Shown piece by piece: positions 43,069 through 53,538 of a stretch of DNA of 64,000 bases. This DNA is from Anaerolineae bacterium. Its GTDB lineage: Bacteria; Chloroflexota; Anaerolineae; B4-G1; DUEL01. The notes under the pieces were generated by a model. That model saw only the letters and a program-made list of their open reading frames with translations. It was not told where the DNA came from and made no database searches. The stretch spans positions 2,203-66,202 of the forward strand of contig JANXCY010000013.1 in the NCBI GenBank assembly GCA_025060135.1, given 5' to 3'. Numbering within the stretch: the first letter of the stretch is position 1; each line of letters opens with the position of its first letter. The translations under genes were made by a program, and so were the position numbers.

Positions 43069-45339
43069 ATGGGAACGACAACCGCCACGGGGTCGGGATC
43101 AGAAACGGATCGCAGGATAACTCTCGCTGCTGTTGGTGTGGTGATCGTTTTCCTGACGATTGGCCTCTGGTATACCCTGTGGAACCCGATCGGGGAGGGA
43201 GTAGACGAGGGGGACCACTTTGAGTATGTGCGCTACATCAAAGAGCGCCGTGCGCTTCCCATTCAGCCCTGGCAAGACAACGGTCGGCCCCTGCTGGTCA
43301 GTATGGGACATCACCCTCCCCTCTACTACACCCTTCTTGCCATCGGTATAGCCTGGATCGACACCCGGGATGCACCGGATGTTCTGATTCGGAATCCTCA
43401 CTTTGTGTGGGGGGTGGATCATCCTCGCAATGGGTGGAACGTGTATCTCCACTCACCGGCGGAGAAATGGCCTTGGCGCGGGACAGTACTGGCGTTTCAT
43501 GTCGGACGAGGGTTGACCCTGCTATTCGGAGCCCTAACCCTGTGGGCCGTTTATCGGATTGGTCGCCTCCTGATTTCTGACTATCCCTGGATCGCGGTAA
43601 CCGGGATGGCCTGGCTGGCTTTCAACCCCTCGTTCATCTTTATGTGCAGTGCCATTCACCACGATGCTCTGATGGCTGCCCTGTACACGGCCGGAATGTG
43701 GTGGCTGGTACGCCTCTTTGACCAACCATGCACCCCCCGAGAAGGGATGATGGGTGGCCTCCTTCTGGGGGCGGCTATGTTGACCAAACTCTCCGGGCTC
43801 AGCCTCGCGCTGGTTTATGGATGGGGTTTTCTGCTGCTTGGCATTTCGCGCAAATCGTTTCGTCCGATTCTGCCCGGAATGATGACGACTTTCGGGGTTG
43901 CTCTTCTGGTCTCCGGCTGGTGGTATGGGCGCAACTGGGCCCTTTACGGCGACCCCCTGGGTTGGGAAATGTACCGTTCCATCTTCTGGTTCAATTTCCG
44001 CTCCACTCCCTTTACATGGGACACCTTCGTCCATGAGCTTCTCTATCAGACCGCACAAACCTTCTGGGGCGCCTTCGGGTTTATGCACATCACGCTTCCC
44101 CCAACCATCTGGTGGACGCTCTGGAAGATCGTGGCCGTCCTCACAGGGATCGCCGTAATCGCGATCCTTCGCCGACCCTATCGTTTTTTTAAGGAGAAGC
44201 GATGGGCGCCATGGTTGGGAATGGCGGGGGGATTCCTTTTTCTTTTCGGAGCGCTGATCCGAAACGCTATAGCAGTGGGCGGAGCCGGACACGCCCGATA
44301 TCTCTTTCCAGGTGTAACCGTCCTGGTCTTGCTGTGGGCCCTAGGGACGCACGCCCTGACCGCCTTTCGCTTCCAGCCCCTGCTGACAGGATTGGTCTCC
44401 CTGGGACTGGCCCTGTATGCGGTGTGGGTCCCCTACCAGTTTGTGATCCCCCTGTATCCATTACCCGAGATCGCGTCCGAAAAAGAAAGCGCATCGGCGG
44501 ATTCCCTTCATATATGCTTTGCGAGCGCAGTCTGTATCCGTTCCGGAAACCTGATCCCCCAGGATGCTCCGGGCGCTTATGTGCTGACCCTCTACTGGGA
44601 AGCATTGCCGGGGGATCGCCCGGACCTGTTTGCCCATCTGCGCGTTCAGGGGGAAGACGGAACAACTCTGATCAAGGACGCTTTCTGGCCCATTCCCAGT
44701 TTCTCCACCATAGCCTGGGAACCGGGCACCATATATCGGACTCGCCATCTCCTACAACTTCCTGGCGGTACGCCCCCGGGCACCTTTATTCTGGAAATGG
44801 CCCTGACAGTGAATCGGGATGGCGAGCCCCTCCCGGTGCGGACAGTAACCGGAGAGAAGGGGGAGGGCTTTGCTCCTATTATGCGCCTCACCCTGAATCA
44901 AGCCGTGCCCCTATCGGTATCTCCTGAGATTTCCCGAACGGAAGAATTGGAATACCGGATTCGTCTGCTGGGATATTCGCTGGGAAAGCGGACCTGGCAT
45001 CCGGGGGAGACGATAACGCTCACACTGTTCTGGCAACCCCGAGAAGCGATTCAGCCCAACCTGGTCGTCTTTGTGCATGTCCTGGACAAGCAGGGGAATC
45101 TTGTTGCCCAACACGACGGAGTGCCCGACCAGGGAAGACGTCCGACCCCCTTCTGGCAGCCAGGTGTCCTCGTGGTAGATTCCCACCCCGTGCCTCTCCC
45201 CGCAGATTTACCTCCTGGCGATTATGCGTTATGGGTAGGGATGTACCGGTGGCCTGAACTCCAACGGCTTCGGATACAGGAAGGAGCGGCTGCGGGGAAT
45301 GACCGCATTTTCCTGGAAACCATCCAGGTGAGACCGTGA
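43069..45339 (+). CDS. GT-C glycosyltransferase (ArnT/PMT GT39/GT83-like) with two C-terminal beta modules.
   Basis: More than 11 TM helices. The first periplasmic loop carries DE in GEGVDEGDHFEYVRYI. The C-terminus has two copies of the shared module (YVLTLYWEAL...FAHLRVQGEDG... and LLGY...LTLFWQP...FVHVLDKQGNLVAQHDGVP...LPPGDYALWVGMY). The start is taken at M43 of the ORF-track ORF. Confidence 0.7.
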   Translation: MGTTTATGSGSETDRRITLAAVGVVIVFLTIGLWYTLWNPIGEGVDEGDHFEYVRYIKERRALPIQPWQDNGRPLLVSMGHHPPLYYTLLAIGIAWIDTRDAPDVLIRNPHFVWGVDHPRNGWNVYLHSPAEKWPWRGTVLAFHVGRGLTLLFGALTLWAVYRIGRLLISDYPWIAVTGMAWLAFNPSFIFMCSAIHHDALMAALYTAGMWWLVRLFDQPCTPREGMMGGLLLGAAMLTKLSGLSLALVYGWGFLLLGISRKSFRPILPGMMTTFGVALLVSGWWYGRNWALYGDPLGWEMYRSIFWFNFRSTPFTWDTFVHELLYQTAQTFWGAFGFMHITLPPTIWWTLWKIVAVLTGIAVIAILRRPYRFFKEKRWAPWLGMAGGFLFLFGALIRNAIAVGGAGHARYLFPGVTVLVLLWALGTHALTAFRFQPLLTGLVSLGLALYAVWVPYQFVIPLYPLPEIASEKESASADSLHICFASAVCIRSGNLIPQDAPGAYVLTLYWEALPGDRPDLFAHLRVQGEDGTTLIKDAFWPIPSFSTIAWEPGTIYRTRHLLQLPGGTPPGTFILEMALTVNRDGEPLPVRTVTGEKGEGFAPIMRLTLNQAVPLSVSPEISRTEELEYRIRLLGYSLGKRTWHPGETITLTLFWQPREAIQPNLVVFVHVLDKQGNLVAQHDGVPDQGRRPTPFWQPGVLVVDSHPVPLPADLPPGDYALWVGMYRWPELQRLRIQEGAAAGNDRIFLETIQVRP

Positions 45340-47561
45340 GGCCCTGTTTCAGGATCGCACGCACATTTCTTCACCGCATATCTCCCGACGGGATGGCTTG
45401 CGCCTTCCTTCTCGGAGCAGCAGCCCTCTTTTTCTGGCCCCTCTGGGTCCTCGGCCATCGCTTCCCCAAAGGGAGCGGCGACCTATGGGGGCTCTGGTAT
45501 CCCGTCTGGTCCTTCGTAGCCCACTGGCTGCGCCAGGGCGTGTTCCCCCTGTGGGATCCTCTGATGATGGGAGGCGATCCCATCTTTTCGGATGTCCAGT
45601 ATGGCCTTCTGAACCCTCTCAACTGGCCCCTCTTTCTGACATCTCCCATTCCCCATTGGATGGTCCTGCTGCGGGGAGCCTTTCCTCTCTGGCTGGCTGG
45701 AGCCGGCCTGTACCTCTATCTGCGGTCCTCTTCGGTCTGGCGTTTGAAACGGGCATCCGCGCTGGTTGGGGCAACCGCATACATGTTCTCTGACCCTTTC
45801 GTTGTTCACCTGGGGAATCCTCCATTCAACGATGCGATGGCCTGGTGGCCCTGGGTTTTGCTGGGGGTAGACCGGGCTATCCACTCGGCGCGGAACATCC
45901 CCTTGGCGGCCCTGGCTGTTGCCCTGCCGATACTCTCCGGACATGGAGAGATGACTCTCTATGCAGCCTTTGCGACCGGTCTATATACTCTCTGGCAGAT
46001 GGCAGAAGGAGGTTGGCCAGAGATATTCTATCGGATGGGTCGCCTGTTACTGGCGGGTGTATTGGGCGTTGCTCTGAGTGCTCCTGCACTGCTCCCAGGC
46101 ATAGAACGGCTTCCCTTTACTGAACGAGCGGGTACTCCATGGGAACTCCGTCGCGGTTATGAATTTCCACCCTCTATGCTGGTGGACTTTTTGAGCCCTG
46201 CTTTCCATGGCCGAGGGCCAGACGAATTCTGGCCCTCATGGAATCCGGTAGAAAGCGGGTATGTGGGAGCTGTAGCGCTGTACTTGGCCGGGATAGGCCT
46301 CGTGGGAAATCACCGACACCGGCGGACCTGGTTTCTGGTGGTGCTGGGACTCCTGACCTATGCGCTGGCTCTGGGGTATCGCGGGCCTATATACCCGCTT
46401 GTGAATCGCCTTCCGCTCATAGAAGGTTCGCTCAAAACCGCTCGCAGCATTTTTCTTCTTTCCTTCGCCCTGGCCATCCTGGCTGCCCAGGGCGTGGAAT
46501 GCCTGGGCCGCCGCTGGCGAGGCACTCCCTTTTGGGCCCTCGGCCTGCTCCTGGGCGGCCTTCTCCTCGGGTGGCAGGCCCCGGCATGGGTCTCCGCCGT
46601 CCCGGAGGGCCTGCCCCGCCTGCGCGCGCTGACCGGCCTGCGGTTCGCCGCCCTCCTGGCCGGAACCACCGCCTTCCTGGGCTGGGCCGCCAACCGGGGC
46701 CACCGCTGGGGCCGGGCTGGCCTGCTCCTCCTCCTGCTGGCTGAACTGGTAGCGACCGGCGCGCTGGCGGAAACGGAGCCCACCCCGAAACCCGACTCAA
46801 CCCACACCGCCGCCCTGGCCTTCCTGCGCGCCGACCCCGGCTGGTTCCGGGTGGACGTGGACCCCACGGCGCGCGGCCTCTGGCCCCATGTCTTCCTGCA
46901 GATGGAAGGGTTTGAGGTCCCCCAAGGTATGGGCAACGCCATGGACCTGCGCAGTTTCAACATCCTCCGCTGGCGCATCCCCTCCGCGACCCACCCCGCC
47001 TACCGGATGCTCGGCGTCAAATACCTCATCGTCCCCAAGGGCGCGCCTCCAGGCGGCGAGGGCATCTGGCCCGTCTTCATAGACGATCCCACTGTGGACA
47101 TCCACCTCAACACCCTGGCGCTGCCGCGCGCCTGGCTGGTTTACCGCACGGAGGTCGTGGAAAGTTACGGAGAGGCGCTGGAAAAGGTGCTGGACGAGAA
47201 CTTCCGCCCGGAAGAGGTCGCCGTCGTCCAGAACGGGCCCCAACTGAACGGGACGGGAGAGGGAAGCATCGAAGTGGGCTATTACGGCCCCAACGACGTG
47301 GTCTTCTTCGTGGAGACGAGTGCCCCGGCTCTGCTGGTCCTCTCCGATACCTTCTATCCCGGCTGGCAGGCGACGGTAGACGGCCAGCCGGTGCCGGTCT
47401 ATCCGACCAACGCCGCTTTCCGGGGGGTACAGGTGCCGCAGGGACGCCATCGGGTGGAGATGCACTTCCGACCCCGGAGCCTGATGATGGGCCTGGGGAT
47501 GGCCGGAGCAGGAGGACTGGGATGCCTCACGCTATGGTTGATAAGGAAACGAGACCCATGA
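45336..47561 (+). CDS. yfhO: YfhO-family GT-C membrane glycosyltransferase.
   Basis: The YfhO C-terminus is LSDTFYPGWQATVDGQPVPVYPTNAAFRGVQVPQGRHRVEMHFRP, followed by a final TM. It overlaps the upstream gene by 4 nt (GTGA). Confidence 0.75.
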   Translation: MRPCFRIARTFLHRISPDGMACAFLLGAAALFFWPLWVLGHRFPKGSGDLWGLWYPVWSFVAHWLRQGVFPLWDPLMMGGDPIFSDVQYGLLNPLNWPLFLTSPIPHWMVLLRGAFPLWLAGAGLYLYLRSSSVWRLKRASALVGATAYMFSDPFVVHLGNPPFNDAMAWWPWVLLGVDRAIHSARNIPLAALAVALPILSGHGEMTLYAAFATGLYTLWQMAEGGWPEIFYRMGRLLLAGVLGVALSAPALLPGIERLPFTERAGTPWELRRGYEFPPSMLVDFLSPAFHGRGPDEFWPSWNPVESGYVGAVALYLAGIGLVGNHRHRRTWFLVVLGLLTYALALGYRGPIYPLVNRLPLIEGSLKTARSIFLLSFALAILAAQGVECLGRRWRGTPFWALGLLLGGLLLGWQAPAWVSAVPEGLPRLRALTGLRFAALLAGTTAFLGWAANRGHRWGRAGLLLLLLAELVATGALAETEPTPKPDSTHTAALAFLRADPGWFRVDVDPTARGLWPHVFLQMEGFEVPQGMGNAMDLRSFNILRWRIPSATHPAYRMLGVKYLIVPKGAPPGGEGIWPVFIDDPTVDIHLNTLALPRAWLVYRTEVVESYGEALEKVLDENFRPEEVAVVQNGPQLNGTGEGSIEVGYYGPNDVVFFVETSAPALLVLSDTFYPGWQATVDGQPVPVYPTNAAFRGVQVPQGRHRVEMHFRPRSLMMGLGMAGAGGLGCLTLWLIRKRDP

Positions 47562-49462
47562 AGGCCCACCGTCTTGTCCTTCGGACCGGCCTGCTGGCCC
47601 TGCTCTTGGTGGCCTGGGCCCTGCGGACGGCGACCCTCACCCTCCAGAGCATGTGGATTGACGAGGTGATGGCCCTCTACTTCACGCGTGGGACCTTCAC
47701 CGAAACCCTCAGTACCATCGTCCGCCCAGAGCATAACGGCCCCCTCTTCTATCTCCTGCTCTTCGGGTGGCGGCACCTGGTGGGGGATTCCGATTTCGCC
47801 GTCCGCTACCTTTCCGTCCTCTTCTCCGTCTTGACTCTCCCCCTCCTCTATCAACTGGCTCGTCGCTTGCTGACCGAGCGGGCGGCGGCGCTGGCCCTGT
47901 GGCTGGCGGCCTTCTCGCCTTTCGCCCTCTGGTTTGCCCAGGAAGCGAAAATGTACGCCCTGCATATGTGGGCCGCCACCGCCTCCACTGTGGCTCTCCT
48001 GGAAGCGTTCCGAAAAGGCCGCTGGTGGCGCTGGGCCATCTACGCTCTCCTCCTCTCCCCCACCCTCTACAGCCACTTCTTCGGGGGATTCCTGGCCCTG
48101 GCCCAGGGAGTAATGAGCGGCATCCTGGGCTGGGGACGCTGGCGGCGCTGGCTGGCCTATGGGCTGACTGTGGCCCTCCTGGCTCTGGTACATGCCCCCC
48201 TGCTCCGGGTGGCCTGGAACGTGGTCCGTTATTACCAGCATCGGGACATCTGGCGGTACTTCGTCCCACTGAAAGACATCGCCCGGGACCTATTGGGCCA
48301 GTACTTCTACCGGCTCTCCTACCTGGAGGTTACCCCCTGGCTCCTCCTGCTCCCGGCCATCCTCCTGGCCTGGGGAGTCTCAGCCCTCTTTCGTTCCCAC
48401 CGAAGGGACGCCTGGATTTTGCCCGTCCAGGCCCTGTTACCCGTGCTGGTGTTCTACCTCGTTTCCTACCGAGCCCCGGTCTACTCGGCCAAGTACCTCT
48501 CGGCGATCGCCCCGGCGGTCTGGATTCTGACGGCCTGGGGTGCCGAACGGATGGCTTGCCTCTGGCGACCGCTGGGCCTGAGCGCGGCCATCCTGGGACT
48601 CCTGACCGTCAACGGTATCGCCCGCGATCTGACCCGCCCTGCTTTCCAGCGGGGGGATTGGCGCTTCATCGCCCGCTACGTAGAGACCCACGAGGGGCCC
48701 AACGACATCGTCGTGATCTCCGCCTTCTACTGCGAGCATGCCTTCCGGCGGTACTACCGGGGCCATTCAGCCATCTTCCCCTACGAAGCCAATCCCTACG
48801 ACCCGGAGTTTATCTATCGGGGATTGCCGGAAAAGTACGACCGAATGTGGCTGGTCCTTCATCACGACCAGGCCATGGCGCCCGGGAACCGGCTCATAGA
48901 AGCCGCCGACGCGATGTTCCCCCGCCTCACCGAACAATACCCCAACGCCGGACAGATCACGCTGATCGGCTACCAGTTGCGGCCGACGATCCCAGCACTG
49001 CCAGAAGAGGCCCGTCCTCTGGAAGTCTGTTTTCAGAACGGCATCTGCCTGGCAGGCTATCAGGTGGATATGAACGCGCTCCCGGCAAGGGAAAACCTCT
49101 CCCATCCTCCCAGCAACTGGCTCCACGTGACCCTCTATTGGAGACGGACGGCGTCCTTTGACGGCGTCCCCTTCCGCCCTCTGATCCGGCTGATCGATGA
49201 GACCTTTAACGTCTGGGGAGGGAATATGAAGCGCAACCCAGACCTGCTGGACCGCTACCCGCCCCAAGAGTGGCCGACTGACCGGCTGGTGGAGGACCAT
49301 TACGACCTCAACCTGAACCCGTTCACACCTCCCGGAACCTATCGCCTGGAGGTGAGCCTGGCGGTCCACGGGGAGGAGCATCAGCGCGTCCCGCTGGCCG
49401 ACCCGCTACCGGGCATGCCACCCGACCGCTGGGTGTTTGAGAACATCCGCGTCCTCCCCTGA
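47558..49462 (+). CDS. GT-C glycosyltransferase (ArnT/PMT-like) paralog.
   Basis: The DE motif is MWIDEVMALYF. It has 11-13 TM helices and the shared C-terminal module (WLHVTLYWRR...LIRLIDE...TPPGTYRLEVSLAVHG). The start MKAHRLVL overlaps the yfhO stop (ATGA). Confidence 0.7.
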   Translation: MKAHRLVLRTGLLALLLVAWALRTATLTLQSMWIDEVMALYFTRGTFTETLSTIVRPEHNGPLFYLLLFGWRHLVGDSDFAVRYLSVLFSVLTLPLLYQLARRLLTERAAALALWLAAFSPFALWFAQEAKMYALHMWAATASTVALLEAFRKGRWWRWAIYALLLSPTLYSHFFGGFLALAQGVMSGILGWGRWRRWLAYGLTVALLALVHAPLLRVAWNVVRYYQHRDIWRYFVPLKDIARDLLGQYFYRLSYLEVTPWLLLLPAILLAWGVSALFRSHRRDAWILPVQALLPVLVFYLVSYRAPVYSAKYLSAIAPAVWILTAWGAERMACLWRPLGLSAAILGLLTVNGIARDLTRPAFQRGDWRFIARYVETHEGPNDIVVISAFYCEHAFRRYYRGHSAIFPYEANPYDPEFIYRGLPEKYDRMWLVLHHDQAMAPGNRLIEAADAMFPRLTEQYPNAGQITLIGYQLRPTIPALPEEARPLEVCFQNGICLAGYQVDMNALPARENLSHPPSNWLHVTLYWRRTASFDGVPFRPLIRLIDETFNVWGGNMKRNPDLLDRYPPQEWPTDRLVEDHYDLNLNPFTPPGTYRLEVSLAVHGEEHQRVPLADPLPGMPPDRWVFENIRVLP

Positions 49463-49551
49463 ATAGAATTGATGGAGACCAAGTCCGTTGCTGCTCTGGG
49501 GAAAATCCACTCTGTCCGCGTTCATCCGCGTCCCATCTCCGATGAGGTCTT

Positions 49552-51489
49552 ATGAACGCCGCAGACGATCATCTGGCCCGCTTCCGGGTGACTCCATATC
49601 CATACTGGGCCCTCGCGGCGATCCTGCTGCTGGGCGCATCTCTGCGCTGGCACCCTATCGGGTCGCTCTCGGATATGCTCAGTTACGATGAGGCTTACTA
49701 TGGCCTGGACACCCTTTCCCTGATAGAATCCCCTCGCCTGACCCCGTTCCTCCCGGCCAATCTGGGCCGCCAGAGCCTCTGGTGCTATATCTTGATTCCC
49801 TTCGTCGCCCTCTTCGGAGCCCACCCGTTTGCCCTGCGGGTCGCCGCAGGATTCGTGGGCATCCTGACCGCCACCGCTGTGTACCGGCTGGGGAGAGAGA
49901 CTCTCTCCCCCGGGGCAGCCCGCTGGGCCCTCCTGGCCTTCTGCGTTGCCGGATGGCCTGTCCATCAGAGCGGCCTGGGAATGCGGGCTATCCTCTGGCC
50001 CCTGGTCGGCACCCTGGCCTTCGCGGCCCTCTTGCAGGCCCGACGTACTGGCCGGACGACCCTCTGGATAGAGGCAGGCCTCTGGATCGGGATGCTCTGG
50101 TACACCTACTTCTCGGCTCTCCTCTGGCTTCTCTACGCGGTGCTTCTGCTTATCGGATGGCTGTTCGGGAAGAGGGGCCCGCGCCGGGGAGGGCTGATTG
50201 CCCTGGGAGTGAGCGCGTTGGTGTCGCTTCCCATGCTGGTGTATGGCTACCATCACCCCCAGGAAGTCCTGGGACGCCCGCAAGGAGTGCGGGTCTCCGG
50301 CCTGGCGGACCTGATGGCCACCCTGCGGGCATGGGCCCGGGTCTGGTTCTCCCCTGCCGACGACCCGGGCCGCTACAACCCCCTCTGCCCGGTGGTGGAT
50401 GCCGGGCTGGCGGCCTTCTTCGTCATCGGGCTGTTCGCTCTCAGTTGGGCCGTCCGCCAGAGATGGCAGGCCGTTTGGCTCCTGGGACTGGTCCCGGTCT
50501 CTCTCCTCCCCTCCCTCCTGAGCCGGGACGCTCCCCACTTCCTGCGCGCGGCGGGCCTGACGGTCCCCATCGCGCTGATGGTGGGAGCCGGAGCATGGGG
50601 AGTGGAGCAACTCCTGCGCCGTATCCGTCTGAAGCCCTTGGCGACCCTGTTCCCGCTCGCGCTCATGCTCCTGACGGCCCTCCTCACCGTCCTGAACACC
50701 ACTCGCTGGCTTCGCCATCCCTACGTCTTTCTCCTGATGGAACAACACGTGAACCAGGGGGCGAACTTTATCCGGTCGGCTGTTCCAGAGGATACGCCGG
50801 TGTACTTCTCGCCCTTCTATCCCTCCCATCCGGTGATCGCCTTTCGCCGGGCCGACCTGGCTCCCCGGCCCGTTGGCGCTTTTGATAGCCACCTCTGCAT
50901 GGTGGTTCCGGAGCAGCCTGCGGTCTATCTCTCCGTCATCCTCTATGAGCCCGATTTTCCGGAGAAACTCTCCCGTTGGGCCGGAACGACGGTCCTTTTC
51001 CAGGACCCCGGGGCCCGTCCCCCGCGCTACGCTGTCTTGGAGGCCGTGCCAAAACCGGAGTTCCCGCAGAACCTGGGGGTGGTTCGGGCCGTCTTCGGGG
51101 GGCAGGTGGAAGTGCGCCTCATGGAGCCGCTTCCGTCGGCCGCGCGCGTCGGGGAGACCGTTCCGATCTATCTGGCCTTGCGGGCCCAGCGGCCACTGGA
51201 TCGGGCCTACAGCCTCTTCGTCCACCTTTACGGCGACCCGACCCCCTACGAGGGCGGCCCGCTCTGGGCCCAGGCCGACGGTCCGGCCTGCGGGCCGTAT
51301 ACCTCCGACCTCTGGCGGACGGAGGAGTGGATATTGACCACTTTCTCTCTGACCCTCCCTGGAGACCTTCCTTCCGGACGCTACCAGGTCGGCATGGGCA
51401 TCTACGATAGCACCACCGGAATCCGCCTGGCCCTGCCGGGGCATACTCACGACTTCCTCTCCCTTCAGCAAGTGGAAATCCGCCGATGA
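49552..51489 (+). CDS. GT-C glycosyltransferase (ArnT/PMT-like) paralog.
   Basis: The motif is SYDEAYYG, on a polytopic protein. The C-terminal module is VPIYLALRAQ...FVHLYGDP...LPSGRYQVGMGIYD. Confidence 0.7.
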   Translation: MNAADDHLARFRVTPYPYWALAAILLLGASLRWHPIGSLSDMLSYDEAYYGLDTLSLIESPRLTPFLPANLGRQSLWCYILIPFVALFGAHPFALRVAAGFVGILTATAVYRLGRETLSPGAARWALLAFCVAGWPVHQSGLGMRAILWPLVGTLAFAALLQARRTGRTTLWIEAGLWIGMLWYTYFSALLWLLYAVLLLIGWLFGKRGPRRGGLIALGVSALVSLPMLVYGYHHPQEVLGRPQGVRVSGLADLMATLRAWARVWFSPADDPGRYNPLCPVVDAGLAAFFVIGLFALSWAVRQRWQAVWLLGLVPVSLLPSLLSRDAPHFLRAAGLTVPIALMVGAGAWGVEQLLRRIRLKPLATLFPLALMLLTALLTVLNTTRWLRHPYVFLLMEQHVNQGANFIRSAVPEDTPVYFSPFYPSHPVIAFRRADLAPRPVGAFDSHLCMVVPEQPAVYLSVILYEPDFPEKLSRWAGTTVLFQDPGARPPRYAVLEAVPKPEFPQNLGVVRAVFGGQVEVRLMEPLPSAARVGETVPIYLALRAQRPLDRAYSLFVHLYGDPTPYEGGPLWAQADGPACGPYTSDLWRTEEWILTTFSLTLPGDLPSGRYQVGMGIYDSTTGIRLALPGHTHDFLSLQQVEIRR

Positions 51490-51498
51490 AGGAGCAAA

Positions 51499-53532
51499 AT
51501 GAGAGAGAATCGGGGGGAGAAAAAAAGGATTGTGGAGATGCTCTATCCTTGCCGGCTGTCGGACCTGCTCATCCTGATCACTCTGGCCCTGGGCCTCTTC
51601 CTGCGCACCGCCTGGCCGACGCTGGCGGAGTTCAAACTGGACGAGGCCACGGTGGTCCGCCGGGCGATGGCCATCGCCTGGCAGGGCGAACTTCCCGTTC
51701 TGGGGATGGGCTCCTCTACCGGAATGGCCAACCTTCCCCTCACTCTCTACCTGACCGCCATCCCCCTCCGGATATGGAGCGACCCGGTGGCAGCGGTCGT
51801 CTTTATCGGTCTGCTCAACGGGCTGGCCGTAGCGGCCTGCTATTGGCTGGGGGAGCGGTTTTGGAACCGCTCTGTTGGTGGAATTGCCGCCTTTCTGTTT
51901 GCTCTCAATCCATGGGCGGTCCTCCTGGCCCGCAAAATCTGGCCCCGCATCCTCCCTCTGGTGACCGTTGCACTTGTGGCTGCCCTGATGGCGACGTTCG
52001 TCCGGCAACGTCGGTGGGCCCTGGTCGGCGCCTTCGCTGCGCTGGCCGCGCTGGTCGGTCTCCAACTGGAAGGCATCGCTTTTATCCCCGTGCTGGTGCT
52101 CTGCCTGCTACTGTTCTGGAAAGAAGTCCCTCTCCGCCCGCTCCTGGTCGGCATTGCAGTCTTTACCCTGGCCCTTGCCCCCTACGGGATCTACGACGCG
52201 CTGCACGGATGGCCAAATCTCCGGACATTCTGGGACTTCGTCCACACCGAAAAAAGTTCCTTCTCCTGGGACGCCCTCCGCTATGCGTTCATCCTGACCG
52301 GAAGCGCCGAAATCCACACGATGGCCGGCACCCGCTATGAGGAGTACTTGGGCGGTCTCCCCCGTCTGGGGTGGCTCAACACCGGGATGATGGGGCTCCT
52401 GGCCCTGGCCCTGATCTACGCCATTATCCGGACCTTGCGGGGGACACAGGAGGAGCGGCGGGTGTTCCTCATCCTCTTGCTGGGATTCGCGGTACCGGTC
52501 GCCCTGCGCAGCCGGGCCGTAGAACCGATTCCCTCGCATTATCTGATAGTGGTTTATCCGACCGTTTTCCTCCTGATCGCGGCGCTGATCGACGGAGGAT
52601 ACCGGGCCCTTCCACTGCGCTATCGTCCAGCCGCCCAGGTAATGGGCTTTCTGCTGGCTCTCCTCTGGGGAGCCTGGCAACTGGCCGTCCTGGGCCGTCT
52701 TTTCTGGTTTATGGACCGGTATCCCACCACCGGTGGCTACGGCATTCCCCTGAAGTATCCCCGTCAGGCCGCGCTAGAGGCCCGCCAGATAGCCCAGGGA
52801 GCGGAAATCGTCGTCCTGAGCGACGGGACGGAGCCAGCCTTTGAGGAGCGCCCGGCCGTCTTTGACGCTCTCCTCTTTCGCCACCCCCACCGCCTGGTAG
52901 ACGGCCGGATGTCCCTGCTGGTGCCAGATGCCCCCCGTGTGGTCTACATCGTCGGGCCGGTCTCCCCGAAGGGAGACAATTTCCACCCCATAGAGGGACG
53001 ATTGCGCAGGATGGCCAGCGTTCGGGAAACAACCGTCTCCATGCCGGACGGATGGCAATATCACCTTTATCTGCGAGAGCGAGCCGACCGGGAGGATGTG
53101 CTGGCTGGGCTCACCCGCCCTGCAGACCCACCGCGCTGGGCCAACGGCATCGTCCTGCTGGGCTACGATGTGCCCCAAACCATTGCCCCCGGATCTACCC
53201 TGGAGGTCTGGCTGGCCTGGTGGGTGCAGGTCGGGCCGCCGCCGGGAAGCGATTACCACTTCTTCGTCCACCTCCTGGATGGCGAAGGGCACCTGCTCAG
53301 CCAGCACGACGGCGTACCGTTTCCGACCTCCTCCTGGCGCGCCGGCGACCTGGTGCTGAGCCGCTTCACCGTTCCCATCCCTTCAGACCTTCCGCCGGGG
53401 CCCTACCCGGTACGGGCCGGCCTCTATACGTACCCCGACATCCAGGGGGTCCCGGTCGTGGACGCTATAGGCCATCCGATAGAGAGCGCCGTCCTCTTGG
53501 GAACCATTACCGTCCGTCAGGATCAGGGGTAA
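51499..53532 (+). CDS. GT-C glycosyltransferase (ArnT/PMT-like) paralog.
   Basis: The motif is FKLDEATVV. The C-terminal module is LLGYDV...LEVWLAWW...FFVHLLDGEGHLLSQHDGVPFP...LPPGPYPVRAGLYTY. The alternative start is 51538. Confidence 0.7.
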   Translation: MRENRGEKKRIVEMLYPCRLSDLLILITLALGLFLRTAWPTLAEFKLDEATVVRRAMAIAWQGELPVLGMGSSTGMANLPLTLYLTAIPLRIWSDPVAAVVFIGLLNGLAVAACYWLGERFWNRSVGGIAAFLFALNPWAVLLARKIWPRILPLVTVALVAALMATFVRQRRWALVGAFAALAALVGLQLEGIAFIPVLVLCLLLFWKEVPLRPLLVGIAVFTLALAPYGIYDALHGWPNLRTFWDFVHTEKSSFSWDALRYAFILTGSAEIHTMAGTRYEEYLGGLPRLGWLNTGMMGLLALALIYAIIRTLRGTQEERRVFLILLLGFAVPVALRSRAVEPIPSHYLIVVYPTVFLLIAALIDGGYRALPLRYRPAAQVMGFLLALLWGAWQLAVLGRLFWFMDRYPTTGGYGIPLKYPRQAALEARQIAQGAEIVVLSDGTEPAFEERPAVFDALLFRHPHRLVDGRMSLLVPDAPRVVYIVGPVSPKGDNFHPIEGRLRRMASVRETTVSMPDGWQYHLYLRERADREDVLAGLTRPADPPRWANGIVLLGYDVPQTIAPGSTLEVWLAWWVQVGPPPGSDYHFFVHLLDGEGHLLSQHDGVPFPTSSWRAGDLVLSRFTVPIPSDLPPGPYPVRAGLYTYPDIQGVPVVDAIGHPIESAVLLGTITVRQDQG

Positions 53533-53538
53533 CGACCA